Source: an uncultured delta proteobacterium
Lineage (GTDB): Bacteria > Desulfobacterota > Binatia > JACPRU01
Direction of reading: 5' to 3'
Length of the DNA stretch: 64,000 bases
Assembly (NCBI GenBank): GCA_963745025.1
Contig: CAVUWD010000020.1
Location: 192,001-256,000 of the forward strand
Below the pieces are notes generated by a model. It had not been told where the DNA came from, did no database searches, and saw nothing but the letters and a program-made list of their open reading frames with translations. Made by a program: the position numbers and the translations under genes. Positions 40,253 through 51,812 of the stretch are shown one piece after another. Position 1 is the first letter of the stretch; the number at the start of each line of letters is the position of its first letter.

Positions 40253-42968
40253 ATGAACCTCGCGAATCCCGAAACCGCGCTCGCCTTTTCCGCCGACGAG
40301 ATCGCGTTCCCGCATGTTGACGGCCGGCAAGACGACCTCGGGCTCGTCGCAAAGGCGGCTGTCCAGCGGGCGCGGGCGCGGCTCGAAGCCTGGAACGTCG
40401 CGGGAGCGAGCGGCGCGCAAGTCGTCTCGGCGTTCACCGAGGTGATGGACCGCACGGTCCACTTCCTTCACGCGGCGGCGGTGGCCGACTTCGCCCGGCG
40501 CAACGCACGCGTCAACCAGAAATGCGCGGTGTTGGCGCAAGGCGGCTACGGCCGCGCCGAGCTCAACCCGTTTTCCGACATCGACTTGCTCTTTCTCTAT
40601 CAGTGGAAGGTGAACCCGTTCGTCGAGAGCGTCGCGGAGAAGATTCTCTACAGCCTCTGGGACACCGGCCTGCAAGTCGGCCACGCGGTGCGCAGCGTGC
40701 CGGAGTGCGCTCGCCTCGCCGCGCGGGACTTCAAGGTGAAGACCTCGCTGCTCGACGCCCGCTTCCTGTGCGGCGATCCCGAGCTCGCCTTGGACTTCGA
40801 TCGGATCGTCGAGACCGACATCGTGCGACGCAACCCCGACCGCTTCGTCAAGGAGGCGCTCAAGCAGACCGCAGAGCGGCATGCGCAGTACGGCAGCTCG
40901 GTCTACCTCCTCGAGCCGCATATCAAGGAAGGCGAGGGCGGGCTTCGCGACCTGCACACGGCGCTTTGGATCGCGCGCGTCAAGTTCAAGGTCCGGAGCC
41001 TGCGCGAGATCGTGCAGAAGGGGGTCGTCCCCGAGAGCGAGATCGCCTCGGTGCTCGAATCGCGCGACTTTCTCTGGAAGGTTCGCAACACGCTCCACTT
41101 CGCGACCGGCGGCCATCAAGATCAACTCACGTTCGAGCATCAGGAGCGCGTGGCGGCGACGCTCGGCTACCGTGACGCGGACGAGCGGCGCGCGGTCGAG
41201 CGCTTTCTCCAGCACTACTACCTGCACGCGGCCCGGGTGCATCGCTTCGGGACGCTCGTGACCGAGCGCTGCCTCGAATCGCAGAGCCCCTACCGTCGTC
41301 TGGGGCGCATCTTCAGCCGGCGGATCCGACCCGGGATCCGCATCGTCGGCGGCGAGATCGTGATCGAGGACCCGGCGATTCTCGAGGATGCCGCGAGCGT
41401 CGTCGAGGTGTTCCTCGAGTCCCAACGCCACGGCGTCGAGATCGGCAGCCGCGCGCGAGAGCTCCTCACCCGTGCGACGACCGTTCTCGAGACGGGACGT
41501 GCGTTTCCCGTGGTCGTCGAACCGTTTCTCGAGATCCTGCGCGGGCGGAAGGCGTCTCTACGAGACGCTGCGCACGATGCACGACGTCGGTACGCTCGGT
41601 GCGTTGGTGCCGGAGTTCGGACAGCTTCGCTCGATGGTGATCCGCGATTTTTACCACATCTACACGGTCGACGAGCACACACTGCGGGGCATCATGGAGC
41701 TCGAGCATCTCGGCGCCGGAGAGCATCGCCAGAGCTCTCCGTTGCTCACGCAGGTGATGCGCGAGATCGACCGCCCGGAGGTGCTCTACCTGGCGATGTT
41801 GCTGCACGACGTCGGCAAGGGGCACGGCCACGACCATTCCGACCGCGGCGCGCGGCTCGCCGAGCACGTCGCGCGGCGCTTGGGCCTCCACGATGACGAC
41901 GTGGTCCAGGTCGAACGTCTGGTGCGTCACCATCTGCTGATGTCGCACGTTGCCCAGCACCGCGACCTCCAGGACGACCGCGTGATCTTCGACTTCGCGA
42001 GGCACGTCGGCAGCGTCGAGATTCTCAAGAAGCTCTACGTCATGACCTTCGCGGACATGCGTGCCGTCGCCCCGAAGGTGTGGAACAACTGGCGCGACCT
42101 GCTGCTCGCCGAGCTCTACATGCGGACCCTCGAGCACTTCGAAAAGGGCGAGTTCGCCGAGGAGGCGCGCGGGGCGCGGGTCGAGCGCGTGAAGGAGCGC
42201 CTGCGCCGCGCGCTGGCGGAGCACGAGGGGGGGCTCCGCCAGGCGCTCGAGACGGTCCTCGCGACCATGCCGGAGAGCTACTTCTTGAGCACGCCCGAGC
42301 AGAGCGTCCCGCACCACGCGGAGCTGCTCCGCGAGTTCCGCGAAGGCGGCGGCTCCTTCGTCTCGTCGGTCCGTCACTTCCCCGATCGCGAGTTCAGCGA
42401 GTTCACCATCTGCGCCGCCGATCGACCGGGCCTCTTTTCGATGATCGCCGGCGTGCTCGCGGCGCACGGCATGAACATCGTCGGCGCGCAGATCACCACG
42501 AGCCACGACGGCGTGGCGCTCGACGTCTTCCGGCTGTCACACGCCGAATCCACCGAGCGGGTGCTCGACGAGGGGCGCTGGCAGCGCCTGCGCGACAGCC
42601 TCGAGTGCGTGCAGCGGGGAGAAACGTCGGTCGAGGCGCTGGTCGAGCGCTCGCAGCGACCGACCGTGCTCTCGCGCCGTGCGCTGCCGCGCATCCCGAC
42701 CTCGGTGACGTTCGATCTCCAGGACTCGGAGCACTACAGCCTGATCGAGGTCTCGACGCAGGACCAGATCGGGCTCCTCTTCGCGATCACCAACACGCTC
42801 TACCGCCAGGGCTGCCTGATCCATCTCGCCAAGATCTCGACCGTGCTGCACCACGTCTACGACGTGTTCTACGTGACCGACGCGTCGGGCCGGAAGATCG
42901 AAGACTGGCGGCGCATGCAGGAGATCTGCGAGGCGGTGCGGCAGCGGGCCGAGGGAAGCAACGGGTGA
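40253..42968 (+). CDS. glnD: [Protein-PII] uridylyltransferase, one frameshift (~41550)
   Basis: GGYGRAELNPFSDIDL, KEGEGGLRDLH, YHIYTVDEH, LLHDVGKG and two ACT domains across ORFs 40253-41896 and 41388-42968. Confidence 0.92.
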
Positions 42969-43906
42969 GCGAATCGGTGGGCTCGGGCGTCTCCCGCCCG
43001 CGCGCGACCACGACGCTCGATCGGAGCGTCGACGCCTACCTGAACTATCTCGCCGCGGGCCGCGGCCTCGCCCGCAACACGCTCGACGCCTACGGACGGG
43101 ACCTCGCGGTGCTCGTGTCGTTCCTCTCCGCGCGGGGTCGCACGGCGCCGCAAGGCGTTCGCTCCGAAGATCTCGTCGATTACCTCGGCTGGCTGCGCGA
43201 CCGAGATCTCAAGGCGGCGAGCGTGGCCCGCCGCTTCTCGGCCGCGCGCGGCTGGCTGCGCTACCTCGAGTCGGCGGGGACGCTGAAGAGGAATCCCGCG
43301 GCGACCGTCCGTTCGTCGAGGCTGCCGCGGCGCCTGCCGCGCCCCTGGACGCGCGAAGACGTGCGGCTGCTCCTCGATCGTCCGTTCGAAGGGCGATTCG
43401 GAGCGCGCGATCGGGCGATGCTGGAGGCCCTCTACGGCGCGGGGCTCCGCGTGTCCGAGCTGGTCTCGCTCCGGCTCGCGCAGTTGAATCTCGACGGCGG
43501 CTACGTCGTCGTCATCGGCAAGGGCAACAAGGAGCGTCCGGTGCCGGTGGGGGCGCCCGCGCGCGAGGCGTTGCGCGCCTACCTCGAAGGCCCGCGGGCC
43601 GCGCTCCTCCGCGGGCGAGCGAGCCCCTGCGTGTTCGTCACGCCGCGCGGCCGGCCGATGTCGCGGCAGGGATTCTGGAAGCTGCTTCGCCAGCGAGCGC
43701 TCGCACTCGGGCTGCCCGAGGTGAGCCCGCATCGCTTGCGCCACTCCTTCGCGACGCACCTTCTCGAAGGCGGCGCGGACCTTCGCGCCGTGCAGGCGAT
43801 GCTCGGGCACGCCGACATCGCCACGACCCAGGTCTACACCGACGTCGCGCGAACGAAGCTCCGCGATCTCCATCGTCGCTTCCATCCGCGCTCGAAGCGG
43901 CGGTAG
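42965..43906 (+). CDS. xerD: Site-specific tyrosine recombinase XerD
   Basis: RGLARNTLDAYGRDL, RDRAMLE.LYGAGLRVSELV, GKGNKER, SPHRLRHSFATHLL, LGHADIATTQVYT; core-gene context. Confidence 0.9.
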   Translation: MSESVGSGVSRPRATTTLDRSVDAYLNYLAAGRGLARNTLDAYGRDLAVLVSFLSARGRTAPQGVRSEDLVDYLGWLRDRDLKAASVARRFSAARGWLRYLESAGTLKRNPAATVRSSRLPRRLPRPWTREDVRLLLDRPFEGRFGARDRAMLEALYGAGLRVSELVSLRLAQLNLDGGYVVVIGKGNKERPVPVGAPAREALRAYLEGPRAALLRGRASPCVFVTPRGRPMSRQGFWKLLRQRALALGLPEVSPHRLRHSFATHLLEGGADLRAVQAMLGHADIATTQVYTDVARTKLRDLHRRFHPRSKRR

Positions 43907-43929
43907 GGTCGCACGGCGGTAGGGTCGCA
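43898..43929. repeat. 16-bp tandem duplication spanning the xerD stop
   Basis: cggcggtagggtcgca x2. Confidence 0.8.
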
Positions 43930-43949
43930 ATTGCGGAGGCGGGAAGCGG

Positions 43950-44618
43950 GTGTTACAAATCGCGCACGTGCGCGAGCAGCTCCTGCAGATCTCGCTTTGG
44001 ATCCTACCGATTCTCGTCGCGGTGGTCTTTCACGAAGTGGCCCACGGTTACGTCGCGAACTGGTTCGGCGACGATACGGCCAAGCGTGCGGGGCGGCTCA
44101 CGCTGAATCCGCTGCCGCACATCGACCCGCTCGGCAGCGTCTTCCTGCCGCTCCTGCTGCTCGCCACTAACTCCGGATTCCTGTTCGGCTGGGCGAAGCC
44201 GGTGCCGGTCGATTTTCGGGCGCTGCGCCATCCCAAGCGCGACATGGTGTTCGTCGCCGCGGCCGGTCCGCTCACGAATCTTGCCCTCGCTACCGTGAGC
44301 GCGCTCGTCTTTCACGAGATCCGGTTCGCCGCGGCCCACGGCTCGGGCGCTCTCGTCGAGACGGTTTTCTATCCGGTGGCGATGATCGCCCAGCGAAGTG
44401 TCTTGATGAACGTCTTTCTCGGCGTCTTCAACTTGATCCCGATCCCTCCGCTCGACGGTGGGCGAGTGCTCGCCGGGCTCCTGCCGCTCGCGTGGGCGCG
44501 CCAGTTCGCCAGGATCGAGCCGTTCGGCTTCCTCATCCTGATCGTGCTCCTCATGTCCCGTTCCCTCGGCCTGATCGTTCGCCGGCCGATCCAGCTACTG
44601 CTCGACGTTCTCCTCTGA
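43950..44618 (+). CDS. Site-2 protease family (M50) membrane metalloprotease
   Basis: HEVAHG, GRLTLNPLPHIDPLG, AAGPLTN, NLIPIPPLDGGR. Confidence 0.92.
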   Translation: MLQIAHVREQLLQISLWILPILVAVVFHEVAHGYVANWFGDDTAKRAGRLTLNPLPHIDPLGSVFLPLLLLATNSGFLFGWAKPVPVDFRALRHPKRDMVFVAAAGPLTNLALATVSALVFHEIRFAAAHGSGALVETVFYPVAMIAQRSVLMNVFLGVFNLIPIPPLDGGRVLAGLLPLAWARQFARIEPFGFLILIVLLMSRSLGLIVRRPIQLLLDVLL

Positions 44619-45631
44619 TGGCTCAACCGACGCTGCTGAGCGGCTTCCGGCCCACCGGGCGCCTGCACCTCGGTCACCTGCACGGGACGCTCAAGAACTG
44701 GGTGAAGCTGCAGGCGAGCTACCGCTCGTTCTTCTTCGTCGCCGATTGGCACGCGCTGACGACCAAGTTCGAGGAGATCGACGGGATCGCGGGGAGCACG
44801 CGCGAGATGGTCGCCGACTGGCTGGCGGTCGGGCTCGATCCCGAACGCTCCGTCATCTTTCGCCAGTCCGCGATCCACGAGCACGCCGAGCTCTTCCTGA
44901 TCTTCGCGATGATCACGCCGACGCCGTGGCTGCTGCGCAATCCGACCGTCAAGGAGCAGGCGCGCGAGCTCGGGCTCGTTGCGTCGGACGACGAGGCGGA
45001 GATGACGAAGATCAACTTCGGCCATCTCGGCTATCCGGTGCTGCAGGCCGCCGACATCCTCGTCTACAAGGCGAACAAGGTGCCGGTCGGCGCCGATCAG
45101 GTGCCGCACGTCGAGCTCGCGCGCGAGCTCGCGCGGCGCTTCAACCACCTCTATCGTCCGGTGTTTCCCGAGCCGGACGCCTTGCTCAGCGAGGCGCCGA
45201 AGATCTCGGGGCTCGACGGGCGCAAGATGAGCAAGAGCTACAACAACGCGGTCTTCCTCTCCGAGCCGCCCGCCGACGTCGACGCCAAGCTCTCGCGCAT
45301 GATGACCGATCCGCGCCGCGCACGGCGCACCGATCCGGGCGATCCGAAGGACTGCCCGGCCTACCAGAGCTTTCACAAGATCTACTGCACGCCGGACGAG
45401 CTCGCGTACGTCGACGAGGGCTGCAAGAGCGCCTCGATCGGCTGCCTCGACTGCAAGAAGATCATGATCCGCCACGTGCTCGAGGATCTGAAGCCGATCC
45501 AGGCGCGCCGGCAGGAGATCGACGCCAAGCCGTCGCTCGTGACCGAGGTGATCGAGGACGGCAACCGCCGCGCGCGCGCCGTGGCCAGCGAGACGATGCG
45601 CGAGGTCCGCGACGCGGTCGGCCTCGTATGA
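44618..45631 (+). CDS. trpS: Tryptophanyl-tRNA synthetase
   Basis: SGFRPTGRLHLGH, GYPVLQAADIL, VPVGADQ, KMSKS. Confidence 0.95.
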   Translation: MAQPTLLSGFRPTGRLHLGHLHGTLKNWVKLQASYRSFFFVADWHALTTKFEEIDGIAGSTREMVADWLAVGLDPERSVIFRQSAIHEHAELFLIFAMITPTPWLLRNPTVKEQARELGLVASDDEAEMTKINFGHLGYPVLQAADILVYKANKVPVGADQVPHVELARELARRFNHLYRPVFPEPDALLSEAPKISGLDGRKMSKSYNNAVFLSEPPADVDAKLSRMMTDPRRARRTDPGDPKDCPAYQSFHKIYCTPDELAYVDEGCKSASIGCLDCKKIMIRHVLEDLKPIQARRQEIDAKPSLVTEVIEDGNRRARAVASETMREVRDAVGLV

Positions 45632-46380
45632 ACCCCCGATTTCAGCTCGACATCTTCGAGGGACCGCTCGATCTCCTGCTGCACCTGATCAAGAAGAACG
45701 AGGTCGACGTTCACGACATTCCGATCGCGCTGATCACCGACCAGTATCTCGCCTACCTCGGTCTCTTCGAGCAGCTGAATCTCGACCTCGCGGGCGAGTA
45801 TCTGGTGATGGCCGCGACGCTCATGCAGATCAAGTCGCGGATGCTGCTGCCGGCGGTCGAGGGCGAGCCCGAGGAGGACGAAGACCCGCGAAGTGAGCTC
45901 GTACAGCAGCTCGAGGAGTATCAGCGCTTTCGGGCGGCCGCTGGCCAGCTCGCCGATCGCGACGTCCTCGACCGCGACGTGTTCCGGCGCAGCCCCGAGG
46001 AGCCCGAGAGCGAGACGCGGGAGCTGCCGCGCCTGCGTGAGCTCGAGCTCGCCGATCTCGTCGACGCGCTGCGTGAGGTGCTGAAACGGCTGCCGCAGGA
46101 CAACCCACACGAGATCCTCGGCGAACGCATTCCGATTGCCGACCGGATTCCCGTGATTCTCGAGCGCCTGCGGGAGGGCGACGTGGAGTTCGCGAGCCTC
46201 TTCGACGAGCGCTCGTCGCGCCGCGAGCTGGTCTCGACCTTCCTCGCGCTCCTCGAGCTCGTGAAGATTCGCGCGGTCCGCGCGTTGCAATCGGAGCGCT
46301 TCGGACCGATCCTGCTCACCTTGGCCGTGCCGTGCGACGCCGAAGTATCCCTGGACTTCAAGGACGATTACAAAGGTTGA
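45628..46380 (+). CDS. scpA: Segregation and condensation protein A
   Basis: FEGPLDLLLHLIKKNE, EYLVMAATL..IKSRMLLP, TFLALLEL. Confidence 0.93.
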   Translation: MNPRFQLDIFEGPLDLLLHLIKKNEVDVHDIPIALITDQYLAYLGLFEQLNLDLAGEYLVMAATLMQIKSRMLLPAVEGEPEEDEDPRSELVQQLEEYQRFRAAAGQLADRDVLDRDVFRRSPEEPESETRELPRLRELELADLVDALREVLKRLPQDNPHEILGERIPIADRIPVILERLREGDVEFASLFDERSSRRELVSTFLALLELVKIRAVRALQSERFGPILLTLAVPCDAEVSLDFKDDYKG

Positions 46381-46385
46381 AGCCG

Positions 46386-47096
46386 ATGGAAGCAGAAGAC
46401 GAGGCGAGCCCGCTGGAAGCAGCGGACGAAACAACGGATCGAGCGAGCGACGACGCACCGGCCGGAAACGTCTCCAAACGATTGCGCTCGATCCTCGAGA
46501 GCCTGCTGTTCGCGGCCGGCGACCCGGTTCCGCTCGGCAAGCTCGCTCAGGTGCTTCCGGGATACGAGCGACGCGACATCGTGCGAACCCTCAACGAGCT
46601 CGGCGAAGAGTATGCGCGGGAGGAGCGTGGCTTTCGCCTGCAACAAGTGGCGGGCGGCTATCAGCTGCGCACGACGCGCGCCAACGCGGAGTTCGTCAAG
46701 GTGCTGCTCGCGCAACGGCCCGTCCGCCTGACTCGCGCCGCGCTCGAGACGTTGGCGGTCGTCGCCTACCGCCAACCCGTGACGCGGCCCGAGATCGAGG
46801 CGATCCGCGGCGTCGACGTCGATGCCGTGTTGACGACGCTCTCCGAGCGCAGGCTCGTGCGCGTACTCGGCCGGAAGGACGTGGTCGGACGGCCGCTCCT
46901 CTACGGAACGACGCCGGAGTTTCTCGAGACGTTCGGCTTGAAGGACCTCGCGTCACTTCCCACCCTCGAGGAGCTCGGCGCCTCGGCCGATGCGCTCGAG
47001 CGCGCCGCGGCGGAGCTGTCGGCCGTCGCCGAACCGCCTTCGCCAGAGGAAGACGCCGTGCCGCCCTCGGGAACCCGCGAGGAAGCCGAGAGCTGA
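46386..47096 (+). CDS. scpB: Segregation and condensation protein B
   Basis: ILESLLFA, VAGGYQLRT, LETLAVVAYRQPVTR.EIEAIRGV, GRPLLYGTT..FL..FGL. Confidence 0.93.
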   Translation: MEAEDEASPLEAADETTDRASDDAPAGNVSKRLRSILESLLFAAGDPVPLGKLAQVLPGYERRDIVRTLNELGEEYAREERGFRLQQVAGGYQLRTTRANAEFVKVLLAQRPVRLTRAALETLAVVAYRQPVTRPEIEAIRGVDVDAVLTTLSERRLVRVLGRKDVVGRPLLYGTTPEFLETFGLKDLASLPTLEELGASADALERAAAELSAVAEPPSPEEDAVPPSGTREEAES

Positions 47097-47109
47097 CGGC
47101 GGAGTGCCG

Positions 47110-47968
<859 letters not shown>

Positions 47969-47987
<19 letters not shown>

Positions 47988-48503
47988 TTTTCAATGGCAA
48001 ACCCAACGACGCGGGCCGGGTCTATCCGGCCCGCGACGGTGGCCGGTTCTGACCCATTCGCGGGGGTCAAAACCAGGTCCCCGTCGAGCAAACCGAGGAT
48101 CATCGTCTTTGCCGTCGGCACGTCCGTCTTGATGGCCCGCCGTAGCCCCCGCAGGTAGCTCCGCAGGTCCCGGGGGTCGATCGCCGTGGGGGCCCGTACG
48201 GCCCGCTTCTCGAACTTCGCTCGCTCAAGATCGGCGGTAAGGCCCGCGATCTCCTGCTCGACCGCCGCCAGCCGGTCGCGCACGGCGGTGAACGCCTCGC
48301 CCCCGCTGCCGATGGCGTCCAGCCATCGCTTCTGCTCGGCCTTCGCCTGATCGAGCCGTTCGCGCAGCTCGTCCTCTCGTCCGCTGGTCCGGTCGATCGC
48401 CCGTCGAAGCGCGTCGTTGACCGCCGTCGCGAGCGCCGCGATGTTCTTCCTGGTCATCGCCTCGGCCGCATCGCCGCACCGCAGGAACCCCGTGAGCAAG
48501 TAG
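47969..48503 (-). pseudogene. Large serine recombinase C-terminal remnant A (zinc ribbon internally deleted)
   Basis: YLLTGFLRCG joined directly to the coiled coil; ends IENCGGRI* with the stop inside the tRNA T-loop. Confidence 0.75.
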
Positions 48504-48505
48504 AG

Positions 48506-48855
48506 TACTCCACCGAGACCGGAAGAAAGATTACCGGCTTTGATCGATCGGCGCTTGAGGCCCTGAGGACCTACGGATGGCCGGGGAACGTTCGCGAGCT
48601 CGAAAACCGGGTCAAACGAGCGGTGATCATGGCGGAACGAAGAAGAGAGTGGCTCCGGCCGACCTCGAGCTCGACTCGCCGTTCGAGAAGTATCAAGGGA
48701 AGCGGCTTCGCGAGGCTCGCGAGGCTCTCGAAAGAGAGATCATCGAGAAAGCGCTTGCGAAGCACGGCGGCAACATCACTCACGCCGCGACCGAGTTGGG
48801 AATAAGCCGCCCCACGCTGCATGACCTGATCAACAAATATTCCATCGTGATTTAG
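48506..48855 (+). pseudogene. prsR: C-terminal remnant of a sigma54 response regulator, PrsR-like (PEP-CTERM box regulator)
   Basis: GFDRSALEALRTYGWPGNVRELENRVKRAVIMAE, frameshift ~48640, then LREAREALEREII.KAL..HGGNITHAATELGISRPTLHDLINKY Fis-type HTH. Confidence 0.7.
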
Positions 48856-48887
48856 AGAATGGCGACCCGAGCACTTCTGTGCCGAGC

Positions 48888-49017
48888 TGTCGATAATCCT
48901 TACAATTCGACATACGTTTCCGAACTTTAGGATCAAGACAAACGTTTTCGCGCCGTTGCGATTTTGCTCATCTCGGCCAAAGCCCCGTAGGCCCTCGGAT
49001 CGTCGGAAATCTTTACG
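48888..49017. promoter_or_regulatory. Two PEP-CTERM-box-like enhancer sites
   Basis: TGTCGATAATCCTTACA (48888-48904) and CGTCGGAAATCTTTACG (49001-49017); reverse complements fit TGTAA-N7-CGACA; upstream of a PEP-CTERM gene. Confidence 0.6.
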
Positions 49018-49146
49018 GTTACGCTCATTCGTACGGGATGATCAATCACGAAAACGTGGGATATTTCCATCATTTCTCGTCCTCGGCTCGACCTGGACCA
49101 ATTCTTGGAGGAGAACTCGGGTATGATGTCTTCTTAGGAGCGAGGA

Positions 49147-49878
49147 ATGAGACTAGTCAAATTTGTTTCGGCAGGAGCATTCGCGCTGACAATGGCCTTA
49201 GGGCTGTCTACGGCCCAGGCCACCGCGATCACCTTCACCGCGAGCGGCACCGGTTCGGACGGGGCGCTGTCCGCGAGTGCCCTATTCACGACAACTGCCG
49301 GCGAGGTCGACGTGACTCTGACGAACCTTCTGGGCGCGAACGTGATCCGGAGCGCCGGGCAGGCACTGAGCGACATCACGTTTACCCTGAGCAATACCGC
49401 AGGGACGCTCGGTACGACGTCGGCTTCCGGGCAGCTCGGCAACATCTCGGGTATTGTTCCACCTGGCGGAGGCACGGTGACCTATACGTCCGGCGACCCC
49501 ACACGCTGGCTGGGTGCTGGGGGCCAGGGTGACTTTAGCGTCGTTGGAGACACCGTTACGCTTGAGGCGATCGGCGGCGGGAAGCCGAGCCAAATGATCA
49601 TCCCATTCCAAGTGGATGGAGGCGCGTACTCGAACGTGAACCCCGGGTTCGACAACTTCAACCCCTACACGATCGGCCCGGCCACCTTCAGTCTCCACCT
49701 CTCGGGCGTAACGGCGGCCACGACCATCACGTCGGCGACCTTCTCGTTCGGGACCGGGCCTGACACTTTCTTGAGCGGTACGCCTGGGGGAGTGGCGCCC
49801 GAGCCAGGGTCGGTATTTCTCCTTGGGTCAGGTTTAGCGGCACTTGGGTTGTTCCGCTGGCGTCGTCATAGCCCCTGA
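49147..49878 (+). CDS. PEP-CTERM sorting-domain surface protein
   Basis: Signal peptide; Thr/Ser/Gly-rich; C-terminus VAPEPGSVFLLGSGLAALGLFRWRR; RBS aggagcgagga. Confidence 0.9.
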   Translation: MRLVKFVSAGAFALTMALGLSTAQATAITFTASGTGSDGALSASALFTTTAGEVDVTLTNLLGANVIRSAGQALSDITFTLSNTAGTLGTTSASGQLGNISGIVPPGGGTVTYTSGDPTRWLGAGGQGDFSVVGDTVTLEAIGGGKPSQMIIPFQVDGGAYSNVNPGFDNFNPYTIGPATFSLHLSGVTAATTITSATFSFGTGPDTFLSGTPGGVAPEPGSVFLLGSGLAALGLFRWRRHSP

Positions 49879-49892
49879 AGAGATTGACAAGC

Positions 49893-50300
49893 CTAGCTTG
49901 AAGGGGTCACCCGCAGTGCGGGTGACCCCTTTTTTTCTCTCCGACTTCTTCGACGCTCCTGGACAGCGCGTCGCACTTGCTCCTCGAGGACGGTCGGGCT
50001 CCACGAGCCGTCGGCGTCAGCGCAGGTGGAGCAGACGCCCAGGCGCTGGAAGAAGCCCTCCGCCCTGGCGGCCTGGACAGGACGGTCCGCGGGGGGTGCG
50101 ACTTTGGCGAGCTCACGTACCTCGCCGATTCCCTGCATCAGCTTCGCCACGTACTCCGCCGTGATTGCGAAGTTGAGGTTCTGTCCCGTCTTCAACGACG
50201 ACGTCGCCACGCGATGACACGTGCGTTCGCGTCGAGCACCGGCCCGCCGCTGCTCCCAGCGGAAATCGGGGCGGTGATCTGCAAAAGCAACGTGGTTCTT
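49893..50300 (-). pseudogene. Trypsin-like (S1C) serine protease C-terminal remnant
   Basis: LQITAPISAGSSGGPVLDANARVI, then frameshift to VATSSLKTGQNLNFAI; N-terminus absent. Confidence 0.7.
49901..49936 (+). terminator. Rho-independent terminator
   Basis: aaggggtcacccgca-g-tgcgggtgacccctt followed by a T run, just after the PEP-CTERM gene. Confidence 0.8.
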
Positions 50301-50414
50301 GCCGCTCCTCCGCATTGGTTCAGGAGTTCGTCAGGATTTGCGCCAGCTCGGAGGCTGCGTCACGAATCGCTTCCGTTGGTCGCGATCCCCGCTCCGGCCG
50401 CGCCAACTGCCGAG

Positions 50415-51188
50415 CTAGTCTCGGCGGGAAGTGGTGCCCATCTCCTGCAAATGCCGCCTCAGCGTCTGAAGCGCCTCGAGGACTACCCGATCGTGAAAGC
50501 CGGGGTGCGAGAACGCCGCCTGTAGACCTTCCAGCGCCTCGATCAGCGGCTGGATGCGTGCCCGTGGATCCGGATCGATCCGATCGCGAACCGCGTTGGC
50601 GAGCAATCGGGCGTAGTCGGGCTTCAAGCGCCCGCCCGCCGGATAGTCTTCGTCCTTTATGCCGAAGTCCAGCTCGCCGAGCCGCTCTGCGATCCGATCG
50701 GCCACCACCGCTGGATCCTCGGTCTCAGCGCGTTGTCGGCTCTGTCGGGTCTTCTCGGCACGCTCGACGATCTCCACGACACGTCGTTCGTCGACAGGTT
50801 TGGTCACATAGTCGAACGCTCGCAACCGGAGAATTTCGACCGCCAGGTCTTGCGGGCTTGCGCCGGTGACGGCGATCACCTCGGTGGAGGGACTCAGATC
50901 GCGGATCCGGGCCAACGTCTCGACGCCGCTGAGCCCGGGCATTTCTAGGTCGAGGACCACGACGTCGGGCTCCTCGCGTCGCACGATTTCGACTGCCTGT
51001 TCGCCGCTCTCCGCAGCGAAGACGCGAAAGCGCGGTTCGAGCAGAAGCCGCAAAGACTGGCGAACGCCCTCCTCGGCGTCGGCAACGAGCACGGATCCTG
51101 GTTTCTCCCCCTCGCTCGTCAGCGGATCTCCGTCCGAATAGTACACACTTCGACGAAGGGCAAAAGTCGATCCAAGCCGCTTCGTCAA
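50415..51188 (-). CDS. Response regulator receiver protein with a C-terminal helical domain of unknown function
   Basis: VLVADAEEG, PDVVVLDLEMPGLSG, VIAVTG, AFDYVTKP; start codon uncertain. Confidence 0.75.
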   Translation of the reverse strand: MTKRLGSTFALRRSVYYSDGDPLTSEGEKPGSVLVADAEEGVRQSLRLLLEPRFRVFAAESGEQAVEIVRREEPDVVVLDLEMPGLSGVETLARIRDLSPSTEVIAVTGASPQDLAVEILRLRAFDYVTKPVDERRVVEIVERAEKTRQSRQRAETEDPAVVADRIAERLGELDFGIKDEDYPAGGRLKPDYARLLANAVRDRIDPDPRARIQPLIEALEGLQAAFSHPGFHDRVVLEALQTLRRHLQEMGTTSRRD

Positions 51189-51812
51189 ACGGCAGAAGTC
51201 GATCCACGCCCGTCAAAAACCTAGAATTCTACAACGGGATGGGTTTCCCCATAAAATACGAGTATTTATCGGCTGGATGGGCACTCGGAAGCTCGTCGCG
51301 AAACCACCGAACCGCATCGAGGTTGAACGAATCGTTCACTCCGATTGAACGCACATCGGTTGGAATTGTGCTGATGCGTAGTACCATCTCACACGACCTG
51401 TTGAGGAGTGGACCAGGAATTTCTTCGAACGGGGTTGGCGGAGCTGAAGCAGGTCAAAACGCACTGCCAAACCGTGAGAACCTGGTCGAACACCCATAGG
51501 GCGGGGGCTCCCTTGTCGACGGCGCCTCCCGCCAGCCAGACGGCGGGATCGGCGGCACGTCAAGGGATCGACATTGCAAGCACCCTCGGTTGCGTCCCGC
51601 TACGCTCAGCAGCACGAGTCGGCGGTGGATGAAAGAGCGGATGAAGGCGTTCTTGCGCGCTGCGGGTCCAGGGCAGGTCCAAGCCAGAGGTCTCACCGGT
51701 GAGCGCGCGCCCAGTCCCCTTAACGCAACAATAATCTTTGTTGTGAATTTCATACCTTGACGGAATCCGAGTGAGGGCGGACTAGTACTCTTCCAACTTC
51801 GTACTGGGATCT

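Noticed and set aside
42965-43906. Prophage or island integrase
   Set aside because: Typical chromosomal XerD embedded in the glnD-S2P-trpS-scpAB core operon
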